From the NCBI GenBank assembly GCA_965205945.1, contig CBDBIB010000001.1, forward strand, positions 288,001 to 352,000: a stretch of 64,000 nt of DNA, in the 5' to 3' direction. A program made the translations under genes and the position numbers. Positions 1 through 8,637 of the stretch are shown here, piece after piece. The notes beneath the pieces were generated by a model, which ran no database searches, had not been told where the DNA came from, and saw only the letters and a program-made list of their open reading frames with translations. Origin of the DNA: Bdellovibrionales bacterium (GTDB lineage: Bacteria; Bdellovibrionota; Bdellovibrionia; Bdellovibrionales; UBA1609). Each line of letters opens with the position of its first letter. Positions within the stretch are counted from its first letter, which is position 1.

Positions 1-1165
1 TATTGTACCAAGTAGCCCCAGCATTGCTCATGTTCATAGATCCTAAAAGACTAACTTCTTCTAAATTCGTATAAGAACCTAAGGTCATGGTACTTCCTGG
101 GTTTTGCATAATATGACTTGTGTTTAGAATCTGATTATTATTAAAGTTAAGGTCACCTAATAAAACCCCTCCTGTAAGAGGAAGTTTTGTATTGTCAGTT
201 CCTGTGGGAACCACTGAGCTTGGTAGAATTCCACTTGTGATTTTATTTGCATGAATACCGCTTGCAAGATGACTGTTTAAAACACCCCCTGGTGCAATTA
301 AAATTGTGCCACTGTTTGTAATGGTTCCACCACTTAAGCCGCTTCCTGCTGTAATACTGGTTACAGTTCCACTACCTTTACCAACAACAGTGGCTGCTGA
401 TCCATTGTAGTACATGATTTGATTATTTGTAGAGTTATACCAAATATCTCCTGCCTGAGAATTAGGTGGTGGATGAGAGCTTGAAAAACTAGGTAAAAAG
501 CTAGCTCCACTGATGCTTAATGGGGAGTATTGATTAGAACTGCCATTAATTAAAGCCATAAGCTCCCTTTGATTGGCATCATTATCAAACACGGTCTCTA
601 AATTGCTTTGAGTAACACCACGACTTACTTGAATAAAATCATTAACAGCTTTTCCACCAAGTTTGCCGGCATACTGAGCATAGGGCACACTGTGAATTAT
701 ATGGTCATTTGTTAAAGTAAGAGGGCCGCTGCCATGATCAAAAGTTACTCTAAGCCTTCTTGTATCGTTTAAGGTTGGAGTGTATGAAGACCCAAAGGCA
801 CAACTAAGACTTTTATTGTTTAAAAAAGAATTGTCTAAAGCTTTAGATAAATTTGTTAAGCCTCCATTTCCTGTGTTTATTCCAGACCCAACGTTTAAGT
901 TAAAAACTCCCTTTGATCCTATCATATTAAGATTAAAACTTTCTTCGTAAAGAAGACAATGATCCATGGAGGATAAAACTTGAACAAGAAAGCTGACATT
1001 ATTTTCTTCTAAAGCGTCTCCATTGGGTTTTACAATTTGGCCTTGAAAAACAAAAGAACTTGGGGTGGCTAGAGAATGGGGAGTTAATAGTAAAATTGTG
1101 AAGAAAGTTAAAGCTTTCACACTTATTTCTATGAAATTTTTTAATAAGTCATATACTCTATACAT
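1..1165 (-). CDS. Bdellovibrio-type secreted fibre/adhesin (tail-fibre-like, MAT/'cell wall surface anchor' family), runs off the window start
   Basis: Not in the ORF track. Manual translation from ATG 1165 is open to base 1: signal-like N-terminus, then SFVFQGQIVKPNGDALEENNVSFLVQV...CLLYEESF, SVPYAQYA, GDIWYN and GTVTSITAGSGLSGGTIT, which are typical of these fibres. Confidence 0.8.
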   Translation of the reverse strand, partial: MYRVYDLLKNFIEISVKALTFFTILLLTPHSLATPSSFVFQGQIVKPNGDALEENNVSFLVQVLSSMDHCLLYEESFNLNMIGSKGVFNLNVGSGINTGNGGLTNLSKALDNSFLNNKSLSCAFGSSYTPTLNDTRRLRVTFDHGSGPLTLTNDHIIHSVPYAQYAGKLGGKAVNDFIQVSRGVTQSNLETVFDNDANQRELMALINGSSNQYSPLSISGASFLPSFSSSHPPPNSQAGDIWYNSTNNQIMYYNGSAATVVGKGSGTVTSITAGSGLSGGTITNSGTILIAPGGVLNSHLASGIHANKITSGILPSSVVPTGTDNTKLPLTGGVLLGDLNFNNNQILNTSHIMQNPGSTMTLGSYTNLEEVSLLGSMNMSNAGATWYN

Positions 1166-1172
1166 ATTGTAT

Positions 1173-1199
1173 ATTTCGGATGAAAAGCTTAATAATTAG
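1173..1199 (-). promoter_or_regulatory. Putative sigma28 (FliA) promoter of the fibre gene
   Basis: CTAA-N15-TCCGAAAT ending 7 nt before ATG 1165; consensus is TAAA-N15-GCCGATAA. Confidence 0.4.
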
Positions 1200-1562
1200 A
1201 GGAAATTAAATAGTTTTTTAGCTCTAATTCTACATTTTTATTTTCATTTAAAATCTGTGCTTTTACAAAATATGCCGATAAGGAGGATTATGTTACTATT
1301 TCTGCTTAAAACCACATTATTTTTGATTTGACCTGCTGATTTTAACTATGGTGCTTAAGTGTAAATTTCTTTGTAACATAAAAATGTTGCAAAATAGTTA
1401 CGTTTAATTAACAAGATTATCTTATTTAAATACATGTATTAAAAATTTATTCTATAATTTAAAATAAAATTTATATTCATCAATATTTTTTCATTGTATT
1501 AATTTAAACACATTTAATCCAATAAGGAAAAAATAAGTACTAACTCTCACATAACTTGTTAT

Positions 1563-2399
1563 TTAGTTGCAAAACTGCTTAAATTTACTTGAAAAAACCT
1601 TAGTTTCTTTATTTGGAGAAACCTGAAAAGATGCCATGCAAGATTTTACTTCAATTCTTTTACTCTTACTTAAAAAAGTTTCTACGGAATTAGAATACGA
1701 CCAAATAAACTGATGTCCTATGGGAGCATAAACAAATTCCCCTTTAATTTTACTTTTTAAAATAGCTTTTTTTAAAGGGCTATCTTCAGGTAAACTTACC
1801 TGACCGGTATAAACAATATAAGCACATTTAAGTCCACCACAAAAAAACCATGATTTTAGTTTTAATTTTAAATCCACTTTAAAGGGCCAGCCTGTTTTAA
1901 GATTTCTCCACCTCCCCTTATAAACCCAGGTGTCTCCAGGTTTTACTGCAGTTTTTGGTAAAACAATTTTAGGAAGGTAAAACACAGTCTCTTTAGGAAA
2001 ACCCTTAACATCTAAAACTTCAGCTTTTTTATTAATAATCTTGGTTAAAATTTTTCCCTGTAAAGGAAACCCCATAGCAGTTAAATCTATATCACCCTGA
2101 AGTTCAGTAACCCAATAATTAAACTGCACCTGCCCATTATCTCCTACAAAAAGAGTCTTTCTATTTAGACTAAATTCTGAAAATTCAAGTTTTTTCTCTA
2201 TAAGCTTTGAACTTTTTTCTTTCCCTAAGGCATAAACTTTAATACGAGAACTTGTTTTATATTTATCAATATTACGATTCCCCATAATCAAGGAAAGCTC
2301 TATATTTTCAGGCCGTACATCATTACTTTTTTCTAAAGGTAGTGTTGAACATGAAGAGCAAAATACAAAAAAAGTAATTAATAAGTACGCTTTCATCAA
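1563..2399 (-). CDS. Hypothetical lipoprotein
   Basis: 278 aa ORF with hydrophobic N-terminus and lipobox-like CSSC. Confidence 0.7.
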   Translation of the reverse strand: MMKAYLLITFFVFCSSCSTLPLEKSNDVRPENIELSLIMGNRNIDKYKTSSRIKVYALGKEKSSKLIEKKLEFSEFSLNRKTLFVGDNGQVQFNYWVTELQGDIDLTAMGFPLQGKILTKIINKKAEVLDVKGFPKETVFYLPKIVLPKTAVKPGDTWVYKGRWRNLKTGWPFKVDLKLKLKSWFFCGGLKCAYIVYTGQVSLPEDSPLKKAILKSKIKGEFVYAPIGHQFIWSYSNSVETFLSKSKRIEVKSCMASFQVSPNKETKVFSSKFKQFCN

Positions 2400-3244
2400 T
2401 GGCTACCTTCTTGAGTCACTTCATCTGCCTGCAGATTTTCACCTGCACGAAATCTATCTAATAGAATTTTATCTCTTGTTGGAAATGAAAATAATAAAAC
2501 ATTACTATCTGACATTTTATCTTCAATAGTTGTAGCAATATAATAAAAATTATCTTTTGAGTTCTCAGACTCATACTCTTTAATAAAATGTACTAAAAAA
2601 TTCCCATAAGAATCCATAGATCGCCAGATCTCATCTGCGTCTTCTATTGTTTCTTCTCTAACCTTTATAAAATCTATAAACTCTTCTTCTTTAAAATCAC
2701 TCTTAGATCTTAAAACAAGCATAGCTTTATACAAACCTGTTGCAAGTTCATCACCTTCATACAAAGAGTCTCCATCCAAAGCTCCTTTAAATATCTCTTT
2801 CATATTAGAGTTTCTAACTAAATATTCAAACTGAAGTTCTTTTAAATCTGCATCTATGGGAATAGTAACATGAGAATAAATGAACACAGGCTCAAGCTCA
2901 AATAAATGACAAAGAGCTACCTCTATAGTTTTTTCAAACTTTTTTATAAAAATATGTAACGATCTCCCCTCCTTAAACAAATCTGTTCTTTCCCAAACTT
3001 CATCTGGATAATCTAATGTAAGTTTAAGAGTTTGTTTTTTAGACTTTAAGGCCATATCAATGTATTTTTTAAAATATTTTTCTAAAAACTGAATATCTTT
3101 TTTAAAAAAATCATACAATTCATCTTCGGATTTAAACTTCCAATTTCTACCTGAATCAATGACCAGCTCATCAGCTGCATCAGTAATAATATCTATACCT
3201 TCTTCATCCGTTTTGTTTTCTTTCTCAGTATTTTTCAAGATCAC
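2396..3244 (-). CDS. Conserved hypothetical protein with duplicated PBECR2-like (BECR nuclease fold) motifs
   Basis: Two repeats, TLDYPDEVW...HIFIKKF and TIEDADEIW...VHFIKEY, resembling the TL..PDEIW signature. Confidence 0.5.
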   Translation of the reverse strand: MILKNTEKENKTDEEGIDIITDAADELVIDSGRNWKFKSEDELYDFFKKDIQFLEKYFKKYIDMALKSKKQTLKLTLDYPDEVWERTDLFKEGRSLHIFIKKFEKTIEVALCHLFELEPVFIYSHVTIPIDADLKELQFEYLVRNSNMKEIFKGALDGDSLYEGDELATGLYKAMLVLRSKSDFKEEEFIDFIKVREETIEDADEIWRSMDSYGNFLVHFIKEYESENSKDNFYYIATTIEDKMSDSNVLLFSFPTRDKILLDRFRAGENLQADEVTQEGSH

Positions 3245-3417
3245 AGCTCCATTTTCATTAGCCTATCTTAGTAAGATGATTTATCCACCTAGACCTTCAA
3301 TATATTTCCCTTGATCATAACATGAAATTCAAATGAAATATAAGAGAGCAAATGAATTTGCTCATATGTTTTTAAAAAGTATCTATTCATAGTAATATTT
3401 ACGATTTTTTTGACAGG

Positions 3418-3747
3418 ATGTTGGAGAACACTTTGAAACAGATTGAAGAAAATTTAAATGCTGTTGAGCACCTATTAAGCCATTCTTTAAAGGGGTTTCA
3501 TTTTGCTTTTGATAAGCAAGATATCAAACATGCATTAGGAAAGCCCTTAAATGGAATTTCTGAGTTTAAATATGAAAACAGAGCCCAAGTTCAAGAGATT
3601 TTTTTAGAATTTGTGAAGCAAAAAACACTTCCCGCTAAAAAAGAATTTTTGCGTAACTTGCCCGCACTGGATAAAGAACTCTTAATTAAGGCTTATTTTA
3701 ATATTTTAGAAAACACTTTAAAAAAGTGCTCTACCATATCTCATTAA
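3418..3747 (+). CDS. Hypothetical protein
   Basis: 109 aa ORF with ATG start. Confidence 0.65.
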   Translation: MLENTLKQIEENLNAVEHLLSHSLKGFHFAFDKQDIKHALGKPLNGISEFKYENRAQVQEIFLEFVKQKTLPAKKEFLRNLPALDKELLIKAYFNILENTLKKCSTISH

Positions 3748-3815
3748 AAACTACTAACTTCATAAGGATTATTAAATTAAAACCTATCTCTTTAGGGTAA
3801 AGACGTAAACAGCCC

Positions 3816-4082
3816 CTAGTATGACTTTTTTATAATTTCAGAAATTTCTTTTGTAATAAATCGAATTTGATGCTGATTTTTTAAACAAATATCGATCTTA
3901 GAAGACAACTCTTGTATGGCTGAAAGCTTTTTTATATCTTTAATTTCTTCTCTTGAACCTTGAACAGACCGAGCAGGCATATCCAAAGACATTTTGCCTG
4001 AGTCAACTTTTTCTAATTCTTTTTTTAATGTTTCCTCTATTCTACTCATTTCGTTACCATTTAAACCTTTTATGCTTTGCAA
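3816..4082 (-). CDS. Hypothetical coiled-coil protein (likely start ATG 4049)
   Basis: ORF co-oriented downstream of the metalloprotease gene. Confidence 0.55.
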   Translation of the reverse strand: MQSIKGLNGNEMSRIEETLKKELEKVDSGKMSLDMPARSVQGSREEIKDIKKLSAIQELSSKIDICLKNQHQIRFITKEISEIIKKSY

Positions 4083-4119
4083 CCCAAGAAAAATAAAATT
4101 AAATCCTCTTAAATCATTG

Positions 4120-4887
4120 TCATATAGAAAAAGTCTTTATTAGAACCTCAAGCTCATCCTCTTCTTCTACTTGCGTTAGAACTTCCTCAGGACCAGGCTC
4201 TCCTCCATCTAGTGCATCGGCTAAGGCAACTAATTTTACAATACCTTGACCATATTCACAGCTATAAGACTTTAAATCAGATAAGGCCTGAACCCCTCTT
4301 CTATCATATCCCCTAGGTAAACGTGGATACATTACTGATTCTGTCTCATCTGAATGGGCAAAGCCTAAAGCATGCCCCATTTCATGAACCATTAAGGAAA
4401 CAAAATCTACCTTATTATCGTCAAATTCTTCACCTTCATAACTAAATTTAAAATTTTTTGCATTAATCTTAATATCAGCATCTCTAATCTTATCTCCAGC
4501 CCAAATGATTGTTGTTCTAGCCTGCTCAAAAGAACGATCAGATTCCCATGTATTAAGCCAATAAATCGTGGGAATTTCATCTGAGTAACCGCTCTTAGGA
4601 TTTTCTTTAGAGGGTGGTGTATTAGCAATTTGAATAACATTCTTAGTTGAAACCTTGTTCCATTGAGCTGCTGCTCTTAGCAGTGACGTATAAGCTTTTT
4701 TAGGCACATCTTTATGAACCCTAAATTTAAGTGGAAGATCTGCCTTCCAGGACACTCTTTGTGAGTCCTTATTCTGAACAAAACCACATGATAATTCAGG
4801 CTCTGGACTTAAAAATAAAGAGCAGCCAGAAGCAAAAAAAAATATTATTGATATTATAAATATAGTTTTATAAGTTGCCTTATTCAT
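4120..4887 (-). CDS. Matrixin-family (M10/metzincin) zinc metalloprotease, lipoprotein
   Basis: HEMGHALGFAH zinc motif, SVMYP Met-turn, lipobox ASGC; ATG 4887 preferred over TTG 4899. Confidence 0.9.
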   Translation of the reverse strand: MNKATYKTIFIISIIFFFASGCSLFLSPEPELSCGFVQNKDSQRVSWKADLPLKFRVHKDVPKKAYTSLLRAAAQWNKVSTKNVIQIANTPPSKENPKSGYSDEIPTIYWLNTWESDRSFEQARTTIIWAGDKIRDADIKINAKNFKFSYEGEEFDDNKVDFVSLMVHEMGHALGFAHSDETESVMYPRLPRGYDRRGVQALSDLKSYSCEYGQGIVKLVALADALDGGEPGPEEVLTQVEEEDELEVLIKTFSI

Positions 4888-4897
4888 ACTTAAGGTC

Positions 4898-4915
4898 AAA
4901 GCAAGCTTAATGCCA
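4898..4915 (-). promoter_or_regulatory. Sigma54 (-24/-12) promoter
   Basis: TGGCATTAAGCTTGCTTT with canonical GG-N10-GC spacing; identical copy at 33398-33415. Confidence 0.75.
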
Positions 4916-5208
4916 GTTCAAGCCTCACCATATAAATTACTGTTTTTATTACGCTTTATATCTATTTTGCTCCATTTTAAGACACCTTTAGATTGCCTAG
5001 GTTTTATATAATGAGTAAAAACTGGCATAGGATTAGTCCTCTCCGTAAAAGATCAAGGTTTAGACACACTGTAAAAAAAGTGGGTGAGCTCTTATTCCAA
5101 GCCCTGGGACTAGCTACCTTAAATAAAATAAACTAAAGCCTTATTTATTAACGTATGTAAGAAACTACCCAAGATATAAGGAGTGCTATTATCAAAGGCC
5201 TTTAAAAA

Positions 5209-6627
5209 CTACAGATCAAAGTGAAGATTTGTATCGTCTTTTTTGGGTTTTGTAAGACCTTTTTTTTTAATTTTCTCAAGTAAGGTAGTTCTGTTAAGTC
5301 GAAGTAGTAATGCGGCCTGATTTTTATTCCAGCTAGTTCTTTCTAACGCTTGTATAATAATTTGATTCTCAAACTCATTAATCATTGAATTAAAGTCCAC
5401 ACCGCCTTCAGGAAAATAAATGGTTTTAGATTGGTTTATATGTTTGTTTTTAAGATATTGCTTTGGAATATCTTTAACTTCAATTGTTCCAACAGACTTA
5501 ATAATAGTCATGCGTTCAATGAGATTTTCAAGCTCTCTAATGTTTCCTGGCCAATTATGAGTCATTAAGTATGTAAAAGCATCTTTTGAAATACCCTTAA
5601 TATTTCTTTTTTTCTCAACATTATATTTGTTAATAAAGTAATCAACTAATAAAGGAATATCGGATTTTCGTTCTCTTAAAGCAGGCATAGTAAGAGGAAT
5701 AACATTTAAACGATAGTAAAGGTCTTCTCTAAACTCCCCTGAATGAACAAGCTTTTCAAGATTTTCATGGGTAGCAGCAAGTATACGAGCATTTGTTGAA
5801 ATATGTTCTTCACCACCAACAGGTTCATAAATCTTTTCCTGTAAGACTCTAAGAAGTTTTACTTGAAGTCGAGGGCTCATATCGCCAACTTCATCTAAAA
5901 AAAGAGTTCCATTTTCAGCTATGCAAAAACGTCCTTTTCTATCATCTACGGCCCCTGTAAAGCTTCCTTTTTTATGGCCAAAAAGCTCAGACTCTAAAAG
6001 ACTTTCTGATAAAGCCCCACAGTTTACAGCAACGAAAGATCCTGAGACTCTTAAAGAGTTTTCATGAATCATTCTTGCAATAAGCTCTTTTCCCGTTCCA
6101 CTCTCACCGGTAATTAGCACTGTTGAGTCAGAATCAGAAACTCTTTTAGCAAGTTTAATAAGACTTGTAATCTCTAGGCTTTTACCAATAATAGGAGGCT
6201 GTTTGTTATTTACTTTAAGGTGTGATTTTAAAATTTTATTTTCAGCAATTAAAGCTTTATGTGTTAATGCACGATCTACAAGATTTAAAAAAGGATTAAG
6301 TTCAAAAGGTTTTGTTATAAAATGAAAAGCTCCTTTTTTAGAGGCATTTACTGCAAGTTCAATGGTTCCAAAACTGGTTAATATAATTATTTCAGCTTGT
6401 GGATTAGAGCTTTGAATAAGGGACATAAGATCTAATCCGTTTCCATCAGGAAGTTTTAAATCAATAATAGCTAAATCAATTTGTAATGAACTTAAGATAA
6501 AAGATTTTGCTTCTTCAAAGAGGTCAGAGGTTACAACATGATAGCCTTTAACTGTTAATTTTCTAAAAAGCACTGAGCGAATAGAAGATTCATCTTCAAC
6601 TAGTAATACATGCTTTTTATTTTTCAT
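5209..6627 (-). CDS. Sigma54-dependent response regulator (REC-AAA+-HTH), FleQ/FlrA-like
   Basis: REC domain (DLKLP), Walker A GESGTGKE, GSFTGA loop, WPGNIREL, and a C-terminal LRLNRTTLLEKIKK resembling the FleQ HTH. Confidence 0.9.
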   Translation of the reverse strand: MKNKKHVLLVEDESSIRSVLFRKLTVKGYHVVTSDLFEEAKSFILSSLQIDLAIIDLKLPDGNGLDLMSLIQSSNPQAEIIILTSFGTIELAVNASKKGAFHFITKPFELNPFLNLVDRALTHKALIAENKILKSHLKVNNKQPPIIGKSLEITSLIKLAKRVSDSDSTVLITGESGTGKELIARMIHENSLRVSGSFVAVNCGALSESLLESELFGHKKGSFTGAVDDRKGRFCIAENGTLFLDEVGDMSPRLQVKLLRVLQEKIYEPVGGEEHISTNARILAATHENLEKLVHSGEFREDLYYRLNVIPLTMPALRERKSDIPLLVDYFINKYNVEKKRNIKGISKDAFTYLMTHNWPGNIRELENLIERMTIIKSVGTIEVKDIPKQYLKNKHINQSKTIYFPEGGVDFNSMINEFENQIIIQALERTSWNKNQAALLLRLNRTTLLEKIKKKGLTKPKKDDTNLHFDL

Positions 6628-6695
6628 TATCTTCCTCTTAAAAACCTATGAATATAGGTATCGATCAATTTATATAATTTTAGCGTTTATTCTAA

Positions 6696-6714
6696 AACTG
6701 TCAATTTTTAGGCC
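6696..6714 (-). promoter_or_regulatory. Putative FleQ-type binding box upstream of the regulator
   Basis: GGCCTAAAAATTGACAGTT contains the ATTGAC core of FleQ boxes. Confidence 0.4.
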
Positions 6715-6721
6715 TCTAAAT

Positions 6722-8548
6722 TTAGACATGGGTCCCATTGAGCTTGACTTCTGTAGAGAACTTTAACGTTAATGTTTGTTCTTGTTCTGAATTTGTGAAT
6801 TCTTCAAATAAGCTGTGTACAAGGATTATTGCAATAGATCTAGGTTGAAATTTATTTTTTAAGTTTTCAGAACTTACTTTTGAGGGTTTTTTTGAGCTTA
6901 ATATGATTTTTAAAAGATTTTTTTTCGAAAGGTTTGCATACAAGTAGATAGTTTGAGTGTTTCTCAAACTAGATCTATTTAATTTTTTATTAAGGTGAGC
7001 CACGGCTTCTAAGAGTTTAATAGACAATGCTGAATCAGGAGATAAAATCTTTTGATTTAAATAAGATCCTTGAATAATTTCAAGAACAATACCTTCAGAT
7101 AAAAGATAAGCTTGTGTGAAAACCTTAAGCTGTTTAAAATACTTTAATAGAGTCTGAGATTCAAGTTGTGAGTCTAAACGTTTTACACTAATAAAATTTA
7201 AAAGCTCGTTTACAATATTGATACACTTATTCGTAGATTCTATAAGAACTTTAATATCTTGTTTTTCATCAGATGAAGACAGATTCTTATCGTCTTTTAA
7301 AAGTTCTAAAAGAATTTTTATTCCACCTAAAGGGTTATTAAGTTCATGAGCAATACTTCCTGAAATAACTCCAAACTCTTCCAACTTTGTTTTAGTCGCT
7401 TTACTAGATTCACCAAGAGTAGAGATTTCAAAATCACGATAGAAATTTAAATAGTAGTGATCATCATTAACAGGATCAAAAAATTTTTTTGAATTTACCT
7501 CTAAAGAATCATTCTTTTGATCCACTAAAAAATTTTCCCCAAGTTTACAACCTTCACAAGGCTTACTACGGTCAAAAAACTTTTCATAACAAAGAGAGCC
7601 TTTATTGTTTTTTATTTTCTTGGTATTAAATTTTCCACCGTACTCTAAAACTCTAAAACTTTTGTTAATAAGTGCAGCTTTAAACGGCAGAGCCTTAAAA
7701 GTACTCTCCCATTGTAAATTAGAATGTTGGATTTTATTTTCTGTGATCATTTGCTTTAATCTTAGGGAGAGAGCATCGGATATTTTTTGAAGTAAGGGAA
7801 TAGTTCTCTTTTTAATACCATTTCCTTTTTGAAAAGCAAAAATAACTTTTCCTTGTGTTTTAGAATCGTAATCTAAACCAAACACTTTTATTTCAAATTG
7901 ATTTTGAATTTTTATTGTAGAAAGCTCTGTTAAAATATCAGATGGCAAGAGTAATATACGCACCCAATCTATATGAAAATGTTTCCTTAAAATTACACTG
8001 ATTTTACCTTCTATTTCACCAATACTTTTAGAATTAAAAATAGATTCAAGGCAATCAAGATTTAGTGTTTCATTTAAATGCAAGAATTCAATTCTTTTTT
8101 TATTACGGAGTAATTTTTTTTTCAAATCTAATAATTTTTCTAATTTCTCCTTTTTTTTCTGGTAAAAAAAAGTTTTATCTTCAACGATTAATTTTCTTAG
8201 ACTAACATTGTGCTCTCGCTCCCTTAATGTATGAATTGCATGACTAAGATGTAAGTCCTTAAGCTCATTTATATTGATGATATTAGAGGGTAAAAAATTA
8301 TTAAAAATAGGAGCCCATAAGTTTAAATCAATAAAATTATTTTCAATAAAAGTTTTTAAATAAATAAAGACACAATTACTTAAAATATTTTTTTCTATTT
8401 GTTGTAAGAATATGAAATTTTCAAGAGTTAGGGCTGCAAGAATCACTTTAGAAGAGATAGGTTTAGTTTTACTTTTAAGAATATGAAATTTAAGATCTAA
8501 ATTTAAGTTAATACGCGTATCTTTAAGTAAATAGAAATCAGATTCCAT
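6722..8548 (-). CDS. Histidine-kinase-like protein with H-box but degenerate ATPase domain
   Basis: SIAHELNNPL H-box and Cys-containing PAS-like motif CYEKFFDRSKPCEGC; no recognisable N, G1 or G2 boxes. ATG 8548 follows TATAAT-N6. Confidence 0.7.
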   Translation of the reverse strand: MESDFYLLKDTRINLNLDLKFHILKSKTKPISSKVILAALTLENFIFLQQIEKNILSNCVFIYLKTFIENNFIDLNLWAPIFNNFLPSNIININELKDLHLSHAIHTLREREHNVSLRKLIVEDKTFFYQKKKEKLEKLLDLKKKLLRNKKRIEFLHLNETLNLDCLESIFNSKSIGEIEGKISVILRKHFHIDWVRILLLPSDILTELSTIKIQNQFEIKVFGLDYDSKTQGKVIFAFQKGNGIKKRTIPLLQKISDALSLRLKQMITENKIQHSNLQWESTFKALPFKAALINKSFRVLEYGGKFNTKKIKNNKGSLCYEKFFDRSKPCEGCKLGENFLVDQKNDSLEVNSKKFFDPVNDDHYYLNFYRDFEISTLGESSKATKTKLEEFGVISGSIAHELNNPLGGIKILLELLKDDKNLSSSDEKQDIKVLIESTNKCINIVNELLNFISVKRLDSQLESQTLLKYFKQLKVFTQAYLLSEGIVLEIIQGSYLNQKILSPDSALSIKLLEAVAHLNKKLNRSSLRNTQTIYLYANLSKKNLLKIILSSKKPSKVSSENLKNKFQPRSIAIILVHSLFEEFTNSEQEQTLTLKFSTEVKLNGTHV

Positions 8549-8637
8549 AAAATTATTATAAGATAAATATTGTAGTATTTTAACCACAAGTAATGCACAC
8601 CTTGACCTAACGCGAGTTAAAATCATAATAGGTTCTT

